A DNA stretch of 64,000 bases. It comes from Octopus vulgaris. Taxonomy: Eukaryota. Position 1 is the stretch's first letter. Every line of letters starts with the position of its first letter. Shown piece by piece: positions 57,799 through 64,000 of the stretch. The stretch lies in the NCBI GenBank assembly GCA_951406725.2, contig OX597816.1:162874001-162938000 (forward strand), given 5' to 3'. Under the pieces are notes generated by a model that made no database searches, was not told where the DNA came from, and was given only the letters and a program-made list of their open reading frames with translations. Made by a program: the position numbers and the translations under genes.

Positions 57799-58330
57799 CT
57801 TTATAATTAGGGTTCAGCAGAGATATGCTTCACCACATACCGAAGTTTAGAAATAGCAGTCAAAAAATCTTAGCTATTCCTCCTACTTTAAAAGGGGCTC
57901 CCAGAAAAACCAAAATACTTGAAAACAATCCACGCAGGCAAAAGGGAAAAATAACGAAAATCAATCGGTATTAGGTTACCCACGTACGCGCGTTTCGGAA
58001 TTAGATCGGTATAAAGAGTAAATAGCTATACCTTACCCGATCATGTTCGGCTCATCAGCGTGGGATTCCAGAAATATTAATTATTAAATATTAAATTCGA
58101 AGGCACTAACACTGTATATGATCTCTCTGCCTTCGAATTTTCTGAGAGCCCCTTTTAAAGTAGAAGGAATAGCTAAGATTTTTTGACTGCTATTTCTAAA
58201 CTTCGGTATGTGGTGAAGCAAATCTCTGCTGAACCCGAATTATAAAGTATTACTTAAGCTTATCATGAAATGGTCTTTTTCATGCCGAATTCTACTTGAT
58301 GAAATTACTGATTAATTAATTTTACCCTTT
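57797..58330 (-). mobile_element. Penelope-like pLTR with hammerhead and inverted tail copy
   Basis: Inverted arms 57797-57909 / 58138-58250 flank the HHR. Inserted in (TA)n. Confidence 0.7.
57979..58064 (-). ncRNA. Type I hammerhead with 55-nt stem II
   Basis: CCCACG-CUGAUGA-G..GAUCGG..CCGAUC..C-GAAA-CGCGCG-UA-CGUGGG. Confidence 0.85.
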
Positions 58331-58344
58331 GTTATTATATATAT

Positions 58345-59221
<877 letters not shown>

Positions 59222-60751
59222 CTCATACACATACACACATATCTGTATTTGTGCGTGTTGTCCATGTATATATGGGGCATTTTACAAAGTCACTTTTATA
59301 AGGGTGTCTCGTGTTTTCTTTTGCAATTTTTTTTATGATGTAGAATTGATTTGCGAAACACTTCACAAGCAGCGAGTCGTATTTGTTTTCATAAGTACAT
59401 ACACTGTAGTTTCCAAAGTGAAAGAGATTTAGACCATTATCTATGATGACTTGTTTTAACATATTTTTAAATAATAATATTACGAACTTACCTTATAACT
59501 AACCAGGGAGTACCATTGCCTTTATTGAACAACGCTCTAGCGATTTTTTTTATTGATTTCTTGTGTTCTAAACTCCTTAAACATTCTTTTCTCCATGTAA
59601 CTTGTAGAAATATATGTCATAATCTGACGTGATACCAGTCATTTGTCTGTTTATACTTTTATCCTAATTTACACGTGCCAGCACGATTGAAATATTACCT
59701 GTAGCCAATCCCTAATTAGGCAGCTATAACATACCTGCATTTTGAGTTGCATTTCCAATTAGAGTTTGGGTAGGGAGTCAACATGAGATCTAATTCTATG
59801 GACTTCTTATTTTGCGTCATCAGACATACAAAAGCGTAAGTGCTTACATACGCACAACATGTATACAAACAGGATTTAAATGCGAGCTATTACAAGTTTC
59901 ATGCCTCTGACAGTTCAATTGATTTTCAGTGATTATTATACACTGTTTCAGCTTCTGAAGCTGTCAAAAGAAAAAAATGTCTTTAAAAATGAATAATTGG
60001 TATTCCACTATATAGAACTGAACAAACTGGGAGTTGGTCTTTTATTCGTTGTTGCTCATCCACTCAAATGTCATAATTTGACAGTCTCATTGTATTAAGT
60101 TAGCAGTGTTTAATATTTTCGCAGTTATATATTCTATAAGTCTATAAGTTTGAGGGTTATTATAACATCATTTTATAACGATATATTAAGTGTATATGCT
60201 GGATTGGTAAAAAATAGTTCTTAAGGGACTTGAAGTCCCTTAAGAAAATATATACAGAAGGATGCATTGTTCTTCTTCCTTTCTGTTTTTCTCTCCCACC
60301 CATACTCTAATTCTTCTTCTCCCCTTCACCTCTCTCCCCCTCACTCTTTCTCCTTGATTCTCTCGTTGCTCTCACGTTACCAACGGCTATCTTTCTTCAT
60401 TTCTTTCACTTCCTTCCTAAAGACATATATATATAAAATGATCGAAAATTCTTTTTCTCATAATAAACCTTTCCATTTAAGAGATTTGTTGTAAAATATA
60501 ATCACAAATGAGTTTTACACAAAAGAAAGAAAACAGAGAACATAATGTTTTTACTGAAAAATTTTCATATGGAAAAAATGTTTCCGTATATAAATACTTT
60601 TATAGTGTGAGTTTTAACCAAAAGTGGTTTCGCTATCATTTAGCTTTTCCAACGTTTAAAGTAAGTTCTTCAATGCACACTCACATATAAACACGCACGC
60701 GCACACACACATACACAGAGGCAATAGCACGCACAGAGTATATATATATAT

Positions 60752-61345
<594 letters not shown>

Positions 61346-61581
61346 ATATGTGTATATATGTATGTATTATGTATGTATATATGTATGTATGTCTAGCATA
61401 GACTTATGAATGGTGACAAATGTTCGTTTAACATATGTTGTAAACTATAAGTGAAACTCTGAGTAACATTATAATGCTTCAGTTGAATAAAAATAAGCAT
61501 TGCCTACATCTTGCAATGGCTTCTCTTTCACCTGATGTTCATAAATAATGCATATACATACGTACATACAAACACTTATAT

Positions 61582-61612
<31 letters not shown>

Positions 61613-62127
61613 TCCATAAATATATGTATGTGCATCTGTGAGTTTAGGCATATATAAGTATGTGTAGAGGCGCGTGTGTCTGTTTTCCTGTATATATTTA
61701 TATGTATTCGCCATGTATAAATAGAAACAGGTGTAGACATTCCTTGACATATATATCTCAAACAAAAAGCCAAGATAAATATTATAGAGATTACGTATGA
61801 TGATACACACTTGAATACGAAATACAATACACGACTATAACCGAATGTAAAGCCATAGAATTTATGGCTTCGAAAGACGAAAGCAAATAAATATAATAAA
61901 AGAGGCACAAATATAATAACAAAAAAAAAAACACAAAGCTAATCAAAAAACAAAACAAAACAAAACAGTAAAAGACAATATCATTCAACAATAGAAAGGA
62001 ACCTGTACTCTGTGTGTGTGTGTGTGTGTTCTTGTGTACGTATGTATGAATGTGTATGTGTATATTTATGTACATGTTTGTACGTTTGTATGCTTGTGCG
62101 TTTATACATATACATATATACATATAC

Positions 62128-62178
<51 letters not shown>

Positions 62179-62404
62179 CACACATATACGTATGTATATA
62201 TATATTTACACACATACACACATATATGTATATATATATATATACACACACATACATACACACACATATATGTATATATATATATATATTTATGTATGTA
62301 TATATATATATGCGTGTCTGTGTGTCTGTATGTGTGTATATAGATATGAACATAATGTTTGCATGCATGTTTGTATGCATGTATATTTATACACACACAC
62401 ACAC

Positions 62405-62435
<31 letters not shown>

Positions 62436-63029
62436 CAAACATGTATGTGATTGTATATGTATATATACTTACGCCAACATATACATATATGTTTGCATAC
62501 ATACATACATACATACATTCATATTTATACATCGTTTATACATGTGTTTGTGTGTGTTTTTGTGCATGTGTGTATCTACGTATATAGATATATTTATATA
62601 CAAAGCTATGTGTATATATATGTACCTCTGTATGGATTTATAGGCATACTTGTAAGCATGTTTCTATGTACGTATATAAAAAAAAAGTGCCACTCACTGC
62701 TTGTGAACAGTGTCTCGCAAATCAATTCAGATCGTAAAACATTGCAAAGAACACGAGACAACCTTATAAAAGTGACTTGGTAAAATACATGATAGATTTT
62801 ATACAAATGACCCTATTACGTATCACCGCACCTGGAGCTCTTTTATTTACAACTGTAACAATATGGCGTCGTTTATATAAATCTTCTCGTGCCGATGTGT
62901 GTCGGTGTGTCTGCGTTAACCGCTTATGTTTGTATCTTTCAAGGCGTATGTATGTGTGAAAGATAAGGCTGTTTCTTTTTTTGTAATGTTTTTATGCTCT
63001 GAAAAATATACACCTACATATATACATAC

Positions 63030-63279
<250 letters not shown>

Positions 63280-63742
63280 GTATATATGTATATATATGCA
63301 TTTCAACTCACATGTGCAAGCGTATATACATATATAATATATACTCATATATATAGGTATAGATATACGTATAAATACATATATATATACACATATATAT
63401 ATATGTTTGTATATATATGTGTATGTGTATACACACACACGCACACGCACATACACACATATATATATATATATATATATATGAGTATGTATGTATGTAT
63501 GCTTATACACTTGCGCTTGTCAGTAGACATAGATATGTAGATAGAAAGAGAAAATAGAGAGGTAGACAGAAAGAGGGAAAGTCTCACGCTCTGTTTGTCC
63601 GTCTTTCTGCCTATCTGTCAGGCTCTCTCTCTCACTCTCTCCTTCTCTCCTCCTCTCTCTCGCTCTGATATGAACGCACACGCGTACTTATCATTATGTT
63701 ATCACTAGCTTTTGATGAAAAACAACTTCGATGAATTACAGT

Positions 63743-63786
<44 letters not shown>

Positions 63787-64000
63787 AGTTCATCACTCTT
63801 TCTTTCACTTTCTATCTCTCTCCACACACAAACACACTAAACACACACAGACACACACTGACACACAGGTACACAACACACACATATGAACACAGACCAC
63901 CCCCTCCACTTTCACACTCTGACGCAACTCTTTGTAAAGGTAAAAATCTACGTGTTTAAATATGTGTGTGCATGTGCTTGTGTGTATGTGTGTGTACATA

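Overview
AT-rich, microsatellite-saturated eukaryotic intergenic/intronic DNA. No intact host gene could be supported. The repeat content suggests an octopus (coleoid cephalopod) genome; this is inferred from the SINE types and the (TA)n/(TG)n/(TAA)n density. Nearly all ORFs in the supplied track are microsatellite translations. Recognisable content includes a full-length decayed mellifera-type mariner (DD34D), a full-length decayed DD36E Tc1-type element, an internally deleted piggyBac, a non-autonomous Helitron, LINE fragments (Dong/R4, RTE, CR1/L2-group), a Penelope/Neptune GIY-YIG fragment, and many copies of at least three SINE families. The main hidden layer is RNA structure. About 17 hammerhead-ribozyme (HHR) motifs of the Penelope-associated, palindromic-stem-III (dimer) type occur, some with core variants or very long stem II inserts, and several fold-back inversions pivot on HHR stem II. 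One repeat family (4 copies) carries the hammerhead strands in an order that is not a circular permutation, yet shows compensatory base changes; this is the best candidate for something new. All structures were read by eye, and coordinates of decayed repeats are approximate.
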